From NCBI RefSeq assembly GCF_000150275.1, contig NW_002060949.1, positions 2,167,836 through 2,231,835 of the forward strand: a DNA stretch of 64,000 nucleotides, written 5' to 3'. Numbering within the stretch: position 1 is the first letter of the stretch; each line of letters starts with the position of its first letter. Source of the stretch: Trichoplax adhaerens. Taxonomy: Eukaryota; Animalia; Placozoa. The notes under the pieces were generated by a model. The model was not told where the DNA came from. It did not search any database and saw nothing but the letters and a program-made list of their open reading frames with translations. A program made the position numbers and the translations under genes. Shown one piece after another: positions 25,541 to 39,949 of this stretch.

Positions 25541-28500
25541 ATGGCTGACAACAGTCAAGATTTGGGAAAGGATTTGCCATTATCATCTAACGTTGATCAG
25601 ATATTAATCCATCATTATGTATTAAATTTGGAAATTGATTTTGATAGTCGTATTATCCATGCTTCGGTAATTCTTGTATTGCAAGAAACTAGCAAATTGA
25701 AAGCTCTCAATGTCCCATTACAGAGCATTTCTTTGGATTGTAAAGATATCAAGATTGAATCCGTTTGGGAAATTCATGACTATCCCACAACCATTATCGA
25801 TCACCTATGTTCTCCTATACCGTGCTATCAGCGTCGTCAAATGAACTCAGATCAATTTAATAAGTTATATCGATTGTCGAACGATGCCAAATTGAAAATA
25901 CGGCTCAATTATCACGTAACAAAATGGTCTATAAATATAATGCCCAAGACAGACTGTGGATACAATTTACATGAAAGACAACCTTGGCAGCCTCGATGTA
26001 TTTGCATTAATTATGAAACCAACCCTCAAGGTGGATCATTAACATGGGCTAAGGATCAGAACGAAGGGTAATCTAAATTACCTTATACTAAATACATGTA
26101 GAATAGGTCATGCAGACACTCTATTATCGTCATGTATTGTAGAATAGATATCGACAGGGTATAACTGTAAATTAATCCAGTGTTAATCCCTAATGTTACG
26201 CAAACCTTGGTAGTCCTTGTGTCTTTAGCCAAGGTGCAGCTTTCAACAATAGATCACTTTTTCCATGCCAAGATCATCCTACAATAATTGCTACGTGGCA
26301 GGCAAGTGTAAAAGTAAAGTCAAACTATACTGTGGTGATGAGTAGCAATAACGTATGGAGTGAACAAGCAGAAGGTTTGTACTCTCACTAATATACATAC
26401 ATGTATATTGATTAATTGTCATGATAATAACTTCATTCATACACGTACTTATAATTACTTTATAGATTATACGATGTTTCATCACATCATGCTTTTGCCA
26501 GTGCCCTGTTCTGTCATCGCTTTAGCTGTTGGTTCGTTTGCATCAAGTTTGATCAAGGTTGTGGACCGGCCAAACATAAACTACAATGATCAAGCTCTAA
26601 ATTCTAATTCGCATCAAAAATACACCCCTGAAAACAATCCAATAATCTGCAGAATTTACTCAGCTCCCATATTAATTGATATTGCATATGAGAAACTACT
26701 AGACTCAGCTGCTAAATACTTAGTTACTGCACAAACGATGCTACTAAGCTATCCCTTCGATAAGTTAGATATAGTTGTCTTACCGAGATGTTTTGGATGT
26801 CTTGGATTAGCAAGGTATACACTCCAACCATAAACTATTATTTTTACATTAGAATTTTAGATATTACTATATATACATTGTTAGGGTGCATAACTAAATC
26901 TTCTACATTTTAATCCAATCATGGTCAACGTTAATTTACTATGTGTTTGAATTTACATAGAGCTTTGTATTTTATATGTTATATTGTAATTTTGATTAGA
27001 TGCTCTTATTTCAGTCCTTGCTTGATTATGGTGTCTCCGTCATTGCTTCCTGGTGAAGAATGCCTTAGCTATCGATTAGCTCATGAAATTTGTCATTTCT
27101 GGTTCGGAATTCTTATTGGTCCAACAGATTGGACTGAAGAATGGTTTAGTGAAGGCTTTGCAACATATCTAGAAGACAGAGTTCATTGTAAAGCATGTTT
27201 GGTGCGTATGACCTATCATATACTCCTACGCGCTCTCTACTTCAATTAGCTTTTATAAGTTGGTTTAAATTTATTAAGTCTGCCAACCATACGGTACGTA
27301 TAAATACTAACATATTACTACGATTTGGTCCCATGCTATACAAAGATGTCCGAGCAACATACTTTAAACTATATCGAAATATGTTGTAATTTGAGATATC
27401 GCAGTCTGAAATCTGAACTTGAAAATACGGATTTATCACTTCAAGAATTACGGTAAATGGTTATTACTTGTTAGAGATATACGTAACTTCAATTGACTGT
27501 GCAGTCATTTAGCAGATGCATAGCGTATGATAATAAACTCTTGATTTCAAAAACTCTTGATTTCAAAATCTTTAGACCCAAAACAACAATGATGAATGGA
27601 AAAGGTATAGGTATAGAACTAAAGTTCAGTCTAGCGTATCACTTCAAAATGCAATTTGCAATGACGTTAAGATTTATCTATTGGAACCTTTAGATTCCGT
27701 AACTGGTATCATAAAGAGCGCATTGGAACCTGTTAAATCATTTCTGCAAGTGCATTACCTAAAGGTATAGCAGGAATAATACTATTACTTATCCTATTAA
27801 TAACTCAAATTTTTAATAAAGATATACATTTTTAGAGAGCTTTCAACAAAGTTAATTTCCTCATAGTCATCTAATGTTGTCATCTTTCTAATATTGGCCG
27901 TTCATACGTACACCCTAAGCCAAAGCTTAGGCCCTATCTTACGCTTTTAAAATTCGAGCTCACCTAATACTCCAATTTTTAAGAATCGCTTCATCCGAAA
28001 ATAATTTCAAGTTATTAAAGTTCTTGATTGGTTTTGCTAGGGATATTTTCTACTCTATTATCTGTCAAAAATTGTTGGACATAATCAATTTGATGACTAT
28101 ATACGTTCTTTCGTAAATAAATACTGTTTTCAACATGTTAATTGCAAGGTAATTTATAGAACGTGAACAACTTAATCTGGCAGTTTCTATCGTGTACTAA
28201 TATGGATTGGTTAATGAGTTTTCGATTAATTTATCCTGGTTCTTAATTTTTTATATTTTTTAGGAAGTTTTTGACCATTACTTCGATTTCTTTCCCAAGT
28301 TGAGGTTAACTAATCGTCGCATTACCTGTAATACTAATTTAAAACTAATATGAACATAATGTTATTAACAAAGTTATATTTTAAACTGTACTTTAGAAAT
28401 CAGGAAGTTACTATACGTGCTACTATTAAAGAATGGCTAGACAATGCTGGACTTCCAGAAGTAAATTTATTACAATTTAGAACACATACGCTTAAGAACT

Positions 28501-29610
28501 ATATTTTAGGATTACAAAGTCCTGATTAGGTGAACTACTTTGTTGTAGCAAATAAATCTTCAAAATTTTGAATGTATGGGAAATAAACTTTATTTGCAAG
28601 TTCATGACGAGGTATCTATCTCATAATTATTCTGCATTGTACCTAGAACTGCCGTTAATGCTTACGGATATTTAATTACATAAGAGTTTACAATTGTAAA
28701 TCTTTGAAATTTTCAGTATAAAAGGTGGATTAGATTAAATGAATATAACAGACGAAAACCTCGTCGTATCTATCGTGGCAGCCGAAAACGTCGAAAAGCC
28801 TTAGCCGATAACTTACCATCTATAGCCAATGTAAGTAATATATAAAAGCACCTTAATAATTCATAATCATGGAAAGACATAGCTATGTTTCTATTCGAAC
28901 AAGATTATTACTAGATTGTAGCAGAATGGATTTCACCGACGTCCACTTCTATAAATTTTAAAAATATTTATAGCTGCCACAATACTAATATGTTTTTTAT
29001 AATGTCTTTTTTAAAGTTATCAACCAAGCAGATTATCTTGCTTCTTGAAATGCTATTAGAAATTGAGTGTTTAACTATAACGACATTAAAGAAACTTTGC
29101 CAGTATTATCATCTTGAAAATGCAAACCCAGAAGTATCTACTTAATCTCTATTCACTTTTGGTGTTGTTTTTTGCTTTGTAGTACTGATTTTCTTTTATT
29201 GTAATACTAGATTCGTCATAGATGGTGCGAACTAGTCATTAAACATAGGTAAAATCTCTTTTTATAGTCATTTATGTATTAGTTCAAATAGTTTATACAC
29301 GCTATATTAACTGCATGTTTCATTTATTAATTATTCTAGATACATCAATGGATACAAAAACATCGAAAACTTGCTAATAGAAGATCAGGTAAGTCAATCT
29401 CTACGCTTATAACTAAATTTGTTATAACTGTTTGCCAAAGTAAGGCGTTGCAATACTAAATTATTCTTTTAACAGGGAATGGGGATATATTTATATGGAG
29501 AACTGGTCCTATACGATCTTAAAGATTTAGCCAGTAAAATTTATGTAGGTATACAACACGAAATGGATCGAGATGCTACAGCTATAGTTGCTGAACTCTT
29601 ATCGTCATAA
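25541..29610 (+). CDS. AOPEP: Aminopeptidase O (M1 zinc metallopeptidase), multi-exon
   Basis: N-terminal DLPLSSNVDQILIHHYVLNL, NNRSLFPCQD, the non-GAMEN exopeptidase motif CLGLASP, HEICHFWFG-x-TEEWFSEGFATYLE (HExxH...E), catalytic QVHYLKG, basic patch RRKPRRIYRGSRKRRK, and C-terminal EDQGMGIYLYGEL...ELLSS* (TAA 29608-29610). Confidence 0.9.
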
Positions 29611-31560
29611 TTTATTTCTCCTATGTCTGAGAGTACTATCAATATTTTATTCGATACATTTAAGAAACGTTAAGATGTATAGTTTAAATTATCATAATAT
29701 GATACTTTATGTCATGCCAATTCTAATAATAAGGAATTTAGGTAATAAATGCTTATGTATACGTTTGAAAATCGATTAAACTTAGAGTGGTTGCTATACA
29801 GAAGCTGATGACATCTCTATATGTATAACAAAATTTTTAATGTATGCTGTTCATTACATACCGTAGCAAAAGATCAAAAGGCATATGCTTGATACTTGTT
29901 TTTCAGGAGTGTTGATTTAAAGAAATAGTTTTACTATTTTTGATACTATGCCTGGGTTTGTCTAGACTCAAACAATTAGCCTATGCTGAGTATTTAATAA
30001 TGCATTAAGCTACTGAATTAAATGCAATAGCAGCTGCTCTTAGTTAATTCTCGATAAATACTTATTTTGATACAGTTTGTTTTTTAACCGTAAATATTGG
30101 GTAAGGATTGGTATTCGATAAAAGTTATGCAACGGAGCCTCTGTCTAGAATAATGGGTCTTGTAAGTCGATAGTAGTTTTGCAACAGTATCTATACTGAT
30201 TGATTGGGGATATATAGTAATGGCATTATTTACCACTGGTTTTAGACATCAGACTATTGAGTTAGATAGGATATTGATTCGTTCCCTGTTTAAATAATGA
30301 TCACCACTAAATGGTGCTCCACAATATCTATACGTATCTATTGACTACATCACTTTATAGAATATGCTTATACCGATAATGATTTCACGCTAAATGAACT
30401 ATTATTTACTGAGATATTTACATATATTTGAATAGCAGAACTTACTTCAGGATATTTTGTATTTATGCTACTAGCAATATATCACTTCACAATAATTTAA
30501 GCTATCTCTTTATTAAAGCTATTCATGTAATAGTAACTTGCAAAAAGGCTTATAATATATGAAATATTGACATAAACATCCATATAACTCAATCTAATCG
30601 CTTATATAAGCTATACATTAATCCACTAGAAACATATGAGAATATTTAGGATATGTAGAAAGTTAACAAACGCGAGATGTTGCTATACCAGTCGTAAACG
30701 CCCATATTCTAATTTGTCCGAAGCACAGTCAAATTTGGTGCTTCCATTTCCGATATTATAAAGAAGGCAATTTGTACTCCCTATGTGGTCTGTCTACTCC
30801 AAAACAAAAAGTTATTGTTGTAGTAGTAAGAAAATCGTGGTGGTAATGGCAATATTATATTCTAGCAGAGTACCGCAGAGACATGGCGACACCACTAATT
30901 AAGAATAACGTCAAAATACTACATATATGTATAGGTGAACTTATATCAGTGTTAAGAATATTTTGATAGAAAATATCAAGAAGTACTGTGAATGCAGCCT
31001 AGATAATGATGTTACAGACTGGCTTTGATTGTATTGATGTTAATTATTTGCTATAGTACGGTACTTAGGCAGGAAAATGTTAAGTAAGTAGGAGAAATAA
31101 CTCCACCGGCTAGTCTTAACTGAAAGGAACTTAGTCATAGGTTATAATTGCTGCCCTTCTTTCTCTTAATAATTTAAAGTATAGTGCACTCGAAGTACCA
31201 CTTATTAACTTCTCATTAATCAAGCAAAACATTATGATACAAATATAACGAACTAAAATCAATGTAATCGACTTTCATCCGTTACAATCGCTGTTCTTCT
31301 CCTTTGATAGTTTGAAATTAACATCTGAAAGTACTGCTAACTTATTCGTAACCAATTTCGATCGCTTCCCTTAAAGTTATTATTCAATAAAAAAGCAGAT
31401 CTACCAATATAGTCCTTATAAAGAAACGCTAACGCAACATTGTGTAGTAACAATTAGACCAACTTCATTAACTTTTCAATATCAGCCTTTAATCACTTGG
31501 AATATCTACTATAGGTTTACTTTTTAGATCAATTTATACCATAACAACTTGGATTATATC

Positions 31561-34500
31561 ATGATTTCGGATCAAGATTTATGTAAAGTTCGCGATCACT
31601 ACCCTCCACTCAAAAATGATCTTATTTTACGTGTAGCCCGTGGCCAACATACCGAAGTTATTCCCGTGTGGACGATGAGGCAAGCGGGTCGCTATTTACC
31701 TGGTGAGAATGTTTACGAAGCATGCAATATCGAATACTAACTACTGTTATTATGTGGAGTTCTACGTTGATATCTTCATTAGCTTTTATCGCGTCATGTT
31801 TTAAGATATTTGATACTTTTTGCTATGCAAAGTAGCATAGTAAACATTAGCTTGGATTCTTATTAACAGTTACTTGCCTTATTTGAAGAGATTAATAATA
31901 TAATCTGAAGAAAGAGACTAATCTTTTCCATACCATCACAGAGTTTAATATTCTATTTATGTTCATAGTACAGGGGAAGATTCAATAAATAGTTGTCACA
32001 AACGATAATGTATATACGATATAGAGCTAAAACTAAGAATTTTGTCACAAAATCTTGCGATAAAGACTTTTCCATTTATTACTTGGAATAAACATATTCG
32101 AAATCTTAATATTAACGAATTTTCAGTGATTAGTTAATCATCATCAGCAATGTTTGGTTGATATATATGTAGCCAAATTACTACCGTAACTTATTAAAGG
32201 GTTTGATTTCATTACCTTCTGATGCTTAATAGCGTTTATATATTTTGACTAGAGTTTAGAGAAGTCAGGAGTCAAAATGACTTTTTCACTGTTTGTAGAA
32301 CTCCATCTTTGGCATGCGAAGTTACTTTACAGGTAAATGGAAAGGGCTTTGCTCTATTTTATGCAACTCCAATCGCGATACAATACATTATGTGCAACGT
32401 TAAAATATTCATCGTGAAATTTCTATAGTAGATTTATGAGAATGTTTATTTAATGTCAATATCTATAGTAGTATTCATTTTAACAAATTGTAGATTCGTA
32501 GGTGCAAGATTATAGAGACTTCATAGTGCATATGTTGAATTAGCACAGAGAAATAAAACATAGCAATCGATCATTGCCGAGTTAATTAAGCAACTATGTA
32601 ACAAAATTCCATGGCTTTCTTCCTTTATTAGCCAATCAGGAGATTTAACTTAGATGCTGCCATTATCTTTTCGGACATTCTAGTAGTTCCTCAGGTAATA
32701 CCATTCTATCTTAGTGTAGTATAATAAAGAACTATCATGACATCTATGGCTGTTAGGCTGTTATATGTAGTAATCTCAATATATAGAAAATCCAAATTGA
32801 TAGTTTCTCTAATTGATTAAACATAAGTAAATCAGTAATAACAGCCTGATGTTACGTATCTTAGGCTTTAGGGATGAATATTGAAATGATACCTGGCAAA
32901 GTAAGGGAGGCAAAATGTCCTATTTTACTTTCAATTATAATTCGTATAAGTACCGTAATCAGAGTAGTTACATACAATTAATTATTTATACTGTCGTATG
33001 CATGGATATGTAGGGCCCCATTTTTACAAGTCCACTCGAATCTCCAGACGATTTAAAGGTTTTTTTATTTTTGATCTATTTCAAGTTTCTATTCTATTAA
33101 CAGCAAATTGTTCAGCAAACAAGTTGTAACTTAATATAAACTATAATTTAGAAATATTAAACTATCGTAACTAAATGACATGTGGTATTACTCAATATTT
33201 ACTCATATCTTAGGAATTAGATAGGAATATAGACGTGGATGAGAGACTTGGCTATGTCTTTGACGCTATTACATTAACTAGACATAAACTCAAAGGTCAA
33301 GTGCCATTGATTGGATTTGCTGGAGGACCTGTAAGACAACTATATCTACTCTTCTATCGATATTAATGAGTGATTAGTAATATTTAGATTCATCCTAGTA
33401 ACAATTGCTAGTTTATGTTGTAGTGGACATTAATGGCGTATATGATAGAAGGCGGTGGTAGTTCTACAATGTCTAAGGCAAAAAAGTGGCTATATCGCTA
33501 TGAAGAAGCAAGTCATCAGCTCCTTCGCCTTCTAGTCGATGTAATTGTAGAGTATCTTGTTGGCCAAGTCAAGGCTGGAGCGCAGGTAGTACATGATACA
33601 ATGATAATTTTACATTATTTAGTCCAAATTTAAGATGAAAGCTTAAATTCCTTCCGTAGCTTCTTCAGGTTTTTGAATCCCATGCCGGAATCCTCGGTCC
33701 AGATATGTTTGATAAATACTCCCTAACTTATTTGCAGCAAATATGTCAAAAAGTAAAGCACAACTTGGAAGCAGCTAAACTTGAGGTTGTGCCTATGGTA
33801 TGTAGTTACTTATTAGGCTTTGACAATACAGATAAAAAATTTAAAAAGTCATAAAGTTCGCTATTGCATGTTTCAGATTGTGTTTGCCAAGGGAGCGCAT
33901 TATGCGCTTCATCAGTTATCTAACATTGGTTATGACGTAGTTGGTATGGATTGGACAATTGATCCTGAAGTAGCAAGGTAAAATATAAGATTTATTTTAC
34001 TATAGCAGTAGTCGGATGGAGATATCAAGCATTTTATGACTGCACTGTATATTTCATATATCGCATAGAACATAAATTTAAAGAATATTTTAGATTATAT
34101 CAGATACTCGAAATTAATTAAAGCCTAAATAAACGGGTATACAAGTACGCCAAGTAATAATAAAGATTACTTTGAGACAGAGATCCAAACAATTCGTTAT
34201 TTTTATAATCAAAATTACATTGAAGCTTTTTTGATATAATCAACAGAAATAAAATAGGCCATGAAGTAACAATTCAAGGCAATCTTGATCCATGTACTTT
34301 GTATGCTAGCAAGGTTAGTTATAATTTCAATTTACTATTTATTGCATATGTTGTATGCAGATAACTATTAAGACATATAGAAGAAACGATATTACGTTTG
34401 AATAAACTACTTAGCGTCAGTCCGCTGATAAGTTATCAGCGCTGCTAAATTCATATTTCTATTTTACTTTATAGACTGAACTCGAAGAAAAAATACAAAA

Positions 34501-34636
34501 GATGGTTAAAAAATTTGGCGCTCAACGTTACATTGCTAATTTAGGACATGGAATTTATCCAGACGCTGAACCAGCGCAATTAGATTTTTTTGTAAGAACC
34601 GTACATGAATATTCCAAAAAACTTACAAACACCTAA
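31561..34636 (+). CDS. UROD: Uroporphyrinogen decarboxylase, copy 1 (11 coding exons)
   Basis: [71 protein letters not shown]. All introns are GT-AG and in phase; TAA at 34634-34636. Confidence 0.96.
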
Positions 34637-34878
34637 CGCAGAAGTCTAGATTTGTGATTAACTAAGGAGTGGTATTTACAATATAAATTTTGGCCTCGAA
34701 GAGCGTATCTTATCACACTTGTTTATACCTTAAATTAAACAATTGCATTAAAAGGGGAAGCGAACAAATTCGATACATCAATATACTGCATTACATAAAG
34801 TTTCCAGGTTGCAGTATCAACAGTAATATCAATGCTTTTGCTACACGTTTAGGTATGATATAGCAGTATTACTCATCA

Positions 34879-37305
34879 CTAGAAATAGTCCTTATTATTT
34901 CAAATGTGCCGCATTTTTGCTCTGCTTCCCAATCAGTTTGTGATTTACTTAAGTCGATATAATCGTTTTTTTGCACTGGAGAATTCTTTACCTGCGACGA
35001 AATTTAATTTTAAAAACGGAATATATCCATAATAATATATCTATAGCTTACTTGAGGCGAATATGAATTGCATTTATTACATACCGTCAATATTGTATCA
35101 GATGCTTTCCGATCAATTTTGATTAACATTTGCTATAAAAGAAAAGAAAGATGTTAATAATAAAAGAGCTAGGACGCACTAGATATAAGTAATTTACTCA
35201 CTGATTGTATTTGAAGTTTCTTATTTTGCTTTTCAAGTTCTGCCTCCATTGAGTTCAATTGCTTCTTAATCGGATCAGGTAGCTCGATATGGCTATTTCT
35301 TTTTATATTAGTAAGCATCCGTATAGCAATTACAATGCATGCAATCGGAAGTAGTGAGACTACAATAATAACAAAAATGAAAACTATTGCTATTACTGGC
35401 TGCCATAGAGGTGGAATTTTTCCTAGCAGTGGCGAAAATGATTCACCCATCAATTCAATCAAGATTCGAAAGTACTCAAATGTAGATCCCCATATACAAG
35501 ACCACAATGCCTATCGTACAGATAGCAACGATAAAAAAAGAGGCAAATAGAGTTAACTGACGTTATCAAGTATAGTTACAATTATAATTACGGTATATAT
35601 TATCATTAATACAGGAAATCTGATAGATTACTACGCACGTAATAAGCAGGGGTAATATATTTGAGCGTTCGAGAATTGTAGACATTTAATACCATCATGC
35701 GGTGTGTTAACATATAGAAATTATTTAATGAATTTAGAGTAATTACTCAATAAATGACAATTCTAAATATTCCGTTGTAAATACTTGACCTTAGACCAGC
35801 AAATAGAGTAGTTTCGGAATAATTTAATTAAATCAACTCTGCTTGCTAAAGTCCTAGGACAGAGCAAGAGTCCTTGAAATGGGATTTGTTATTTTGTGGA
35901 CATCATTTATAGCATGTGCACAGTACCATAGAACTAGCAATCATTTTGAAATAAATATTTAAGATGTTTTGACTAAAAGTACCGGTATACTGTAGATAGG
36001 TAAAGGTAGGGTGATAATAATTTATTAATTACGGGGCAGAATTAGCAGTCGAGAACAATGAGTCATTATGCTGAGCATTTGCAAGAACCTGTTGCAGAAA
36101 TATGCTACTGGATTAGGATTTAAAGTAATAACTGTAGAGCAATGTCTAGGTACCAGTACCTTGTTAGGTGTGACATCAAGAAGAGCATCTTTCATTACGT
36201 ATTTCATATTATCGGCGCAGGGATCACTGGAAACGAATAAAAATTCATACATATACTTTCCGATAGTGCCTGCAAAGGATCGTTTTAGCTCTGCTTCGCG
36301 ATATCTTCGGCACTCAGTCTCTAGGCGTGAATTCAGTAAACTTTTACCTATAGCTTCTTTATATAATCGTAGCCATTCCCAAGGCCAACTGAGTATGAGG
36401 CCAAAAACAATAAAGTAAACTACTAATGATATATAATTACCACGACAAAGAAGGAGGATAGTTGAAAATATTGCTGCAAGAACTATCAGCAATACAACTT
36501 CAGACTTTACGTAAGAGTCAAGCATAAAACCGGAGTCTACATTAACAAATGAGAATGATTGTGGTTGTGTCCTGTCGACGATAATATTCATAATTTCATC
36601 AACACGATCTAGGTTACTGATATCGTCAATTAGCATTTCGAGTGATAGAATTTCCGATGTTTTGATGGAAACTGATAGTGTAACCTCTTCATTCGTAGTA
36701 TTTATTTTTTTAAGAACATTTATTAGGCGTTTAACAAAAGTTTGATAATAATTTGAATGCAAATATTGATTGAGAGCTGCTTGCTTGTTTAGTGGATTAC
36801 GATTACGTGAAGGTGAGTCTATATTTAAATCTGATTTGATGGATTGATCGTCAATAATGTTTAATTTATTATCTAAATGATTAGCATCTGCATGTCTATT
36901 TCCTTCCAGCTTGATTGGTTGATGGTTAGTTGCTTTGAAGTTATTATTTTTAAGATCATTTGAAGTAGAATCCTGTTGCCTATTTCTTGAGATCTTTGTT
37001 GATTGATCGTTGATTGCCTTGACATTATTTTTGACATCATTTTCAGGTGAACCTTTGAGCTCTAAATTTTTGACAGCAACATGTGCAAATTTATCTCCTT
37101 TAGCTGTATAATCAGCAATACCATCAAATTCATTATCTAAATTATCCCAAATTGGTTTATTTTTCACCTGTGATTCAACTAATTGCTGATTGATAGTATC
37201 GAAGTCGTTGTCTAATGATGGTACTTTCAATTCATCGTCAGCAATAGATTGTTGAGGCAAGCCACAAATTATAGTGAATAAAAACAATCGATGGAATAAC
37301 ATCAT
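34879..37305 (-). CDS. CLCC1: CLCC1/MCLC-like ER membrane protein (4 coding exons)
   Basis: Signal peptide MMLFHRLFLFTIICGL, a long lumenal region, two TM segments, then SWPWEWLRLYK...DPC...DVTPNK|ALW...KIPPLWQPV plus a TM and a coiled coil. This resembles CLCC1 (WNWMYLYK...DPCQKY...VPPTKAL...EIPALLHLPV). Exons approx. 36160-37305, 35202-35510, ~35085-35132, 34879-~34991. Confidence 0.72.
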
Positions 37306-38490
37306 TGCTTTGTGTCCAAAAGTTAAATTTGAACAGATAATATAGGCTATCGTCAAGAATTACTACCCTACCGAGATATTCGCACAGATGCAATACGCTG
37401 TAATAGAATGTTCTATTCGAGCTAGATGCCGCTTTTGAAGTATTACCAGTTTAGCCTAATTGAATAATTCACTGGCGAGGAGTGCTGCTGCAATGATATA
37501 ATCTTCGTGTCAGCAACAACGGATGGTTCTTGTCTTGACTATCTTGTAGAAGATACTATAGGGAGTAAATTTACAGGCCACGAGAGATATCATTAGCCAT
37601 AGATAGTCCTGAATGAAGTGATGAATAAAGCTATAACAGGTTATAACAATAATCTATCCGAGATTGCCCTGAATACGCTCTTGATTAATGAATTTTAATC
37701 AATGTTCTTCGAACGCCATTGCCACTCCATCAAGCTGCTTGGGCAAAATGTGTTGATTAGTATGATAGAAAAGTTAGTTTAGTACACGAAACTATAGACT
37801 GTGTGTTAGCATTCTTGCAAAAAAACGTATAGCGATAGTAGAGCATGTTATATATCGTGGGTTTACGCTATGGAGTATCTCTCTTGCGACACAGTACAAA
37901 CCATTACAGTACAATATACTGTAAAAGGGGCAAGGAATTCACACAGTGACATTAGTTTTGGTAGGATAATGTCGGTTAACAAGGTTGTGTCGTATTTGCG
38001 CTGCCACTACAGTCTATGTTATATAAATCGTAACAATGAATGCGCTGTATCTGTGATGTTTGTTCTACTGGCAAAAACGATGCCACCTTACTTACAGTTG
38101 AAAGTGGTCGCTACACGTGACATTATTTCAAATCTTTTTTTTTTGCACTGTAGACTGGCGAGTGAAAGTAGTGTCACCCTTATAACAGTGTATTCAATAC
38201 ATCTTGCGACATTACTTTTGTTGCTAAGTACTACAGTATTGAATGTACTAGCGGTAAGGCAGTCCATGATGCAATCATCCAATAGGAAAAAATTTCAGCC
38301 TTTCAAGACTCTTACTAATACCTATCTCAGGATCGGCTGTATGAGTAGTCCTGTCGCAGACGCCAAGATGCACCTAGATCGAAGCTTTTTGACCATTTTT
38401 ACCCCTCGCATCAAGCGGCTACGCGACTGCGTTTTCACAGTTACTTAGACTGGCGTCGAGGTAGGATTGCAAGATTAAAGACAAGGAAAC

Positions 38491-39949
38491 ATGCTATCGG
38501 CTCGCTTAACAAGGCAATTAGTCCGATTTAATGGACGTGTAGTGTTACAACAGAGTAGGAATTATGCTGATGCAGCACCAGCTAGCCAATTGCTGTTAAC
38601 ATTTGCTTCTCCCAATCAGGTAATCAATTGAACAACGTTTCTTCGCTAGCTCTTTCAATATGGCGGCTTAATCGACTCCGTATGGCGTTATTCAACATTC
38701 TTATTTCCTTTTCATTAGGCCTTCTATAGCAAACAAAACGTCAAACAAGTTGATGTACCTTCATTTAGTGGTAACTTTGGTATCTTACCTAGTCATGTTC
38801 CTACTATTGCCGTTATCAAGCCTGGAATTGTAACTGTATATGAAGAAGATGGAACGACTTCCAAGTATTTCGGTAACTTTCTATTAGCAAACAATATCGA
38901 CTCATAAACATACTTGATTTACTGTACTAGATAGAACAGATAGGCAAGATGACATTGCTTACTCACGAAGAATGTAGCGTCTATTTTACCTTTATACGGT
39001 AGTACTAGTAATTCGATAGACTAAAAGTTAACACAGTACTTAAAAACTGGAGATGGATGGCATTTGTCGGCATAGATTGACTGTATCGGATACTAGTGGA
39101 TTACGTAGTACAGATAGACACAAATTTAAATTCGATGTTGTTATCAAATGATAAATTGAATGCGTTTTACTTCTTTTATCCAATATAGCAAGCAGCGGTA
39201 ACATTTCCGTCAATGCAGATTCAACTGTTCAAATTCTTGCTGAAGAAGCTTGTCCATTAGATCAGCTAGATGCTCAGGTACAGTAGTATATAGACATACA
39301 CCGGTATAGAATCCTTTTTCAACCTATTTGTGCTTGACGAATTGTGTTAACGTAAAGTATACTGAAATCATGTTGTATTACTGTGTAAACCTATTACTGT
39401 ACTTAGATGCTCAACTACAGTAGTATACAGACATACACGCGTATACAATCCTTTTTCAACTTGTTTCTACTTAGCTAATTGTTAACATAAAGTATACTGA
39501 AATCAGATTGTACGTGTATTACGCTATAAACCTATTACTTAAAAATTTCCATTAAGTTAAAACTAATTTCCTTTTTTCATAATGAATATAGAAAGAGTTA
39601 ATAGCTTAATAGGATAAATTGTTGATAAAATTGTGACAATATCGACTAAACTGACTAGGTTTACAAAGTCAATGCTATCCCTATTGCTATCACATTTATT
39701 ACGTCAGTGTCAGTAAATAGCAGGCCCTTAGGAACGAAGTTCTATCTATAAATATGTCAAGTTGTATCCGACTTTCACCAACAGTCACAATTCTTATCGT
39801 TTCTACTCTAACATGTGACAATCTAGGCCGCGAGAGAAGGTTTAGAGAAAGCTAACCAACAGGTTACATCGGCATCATCAGATGAAGCTAAAGCAGAAGC
39901 GCAAGCAGCCGCCGAATGCTATGAAGAAATTATCAAGGCTACTAATTAA
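38491..39949 (+). CDS. ATP5F1D: Mitochondrial ATP synthase F1 subunit delta (4 exons)
   Basis: Arg-rich presequence MLSARLTRQLVR...RNYADAAP, LTFASPNQ|AFY...VKQVDVPSFSGNFGILPSHVPT, SSGNISVNADSTVQILAEEA, and a C-terminal helical hairpin ending IIKATN*. Confidence 0.96.
39267..39539. repeat. Tandem duplication 2 x ~137 bp spanning the ATP5F1D exon 3 / intron 3 junction
   Basis: TAGATGCTCAggTACAGTAGTATA...AAACCTATTACT at 39267 is repeated as TAGATGCTCAacTACAGTAGTATA...AAACCTATTACT at 39404. Confidence 0.92.

Noticed and set aside
37870-38448. 192-aa + strand ORF before ATP5F1D
   Set aside because: No domain features, composition like translated non-coding DNA, and it lies across the divergent CLCC1/ATP5F1D promoter region.
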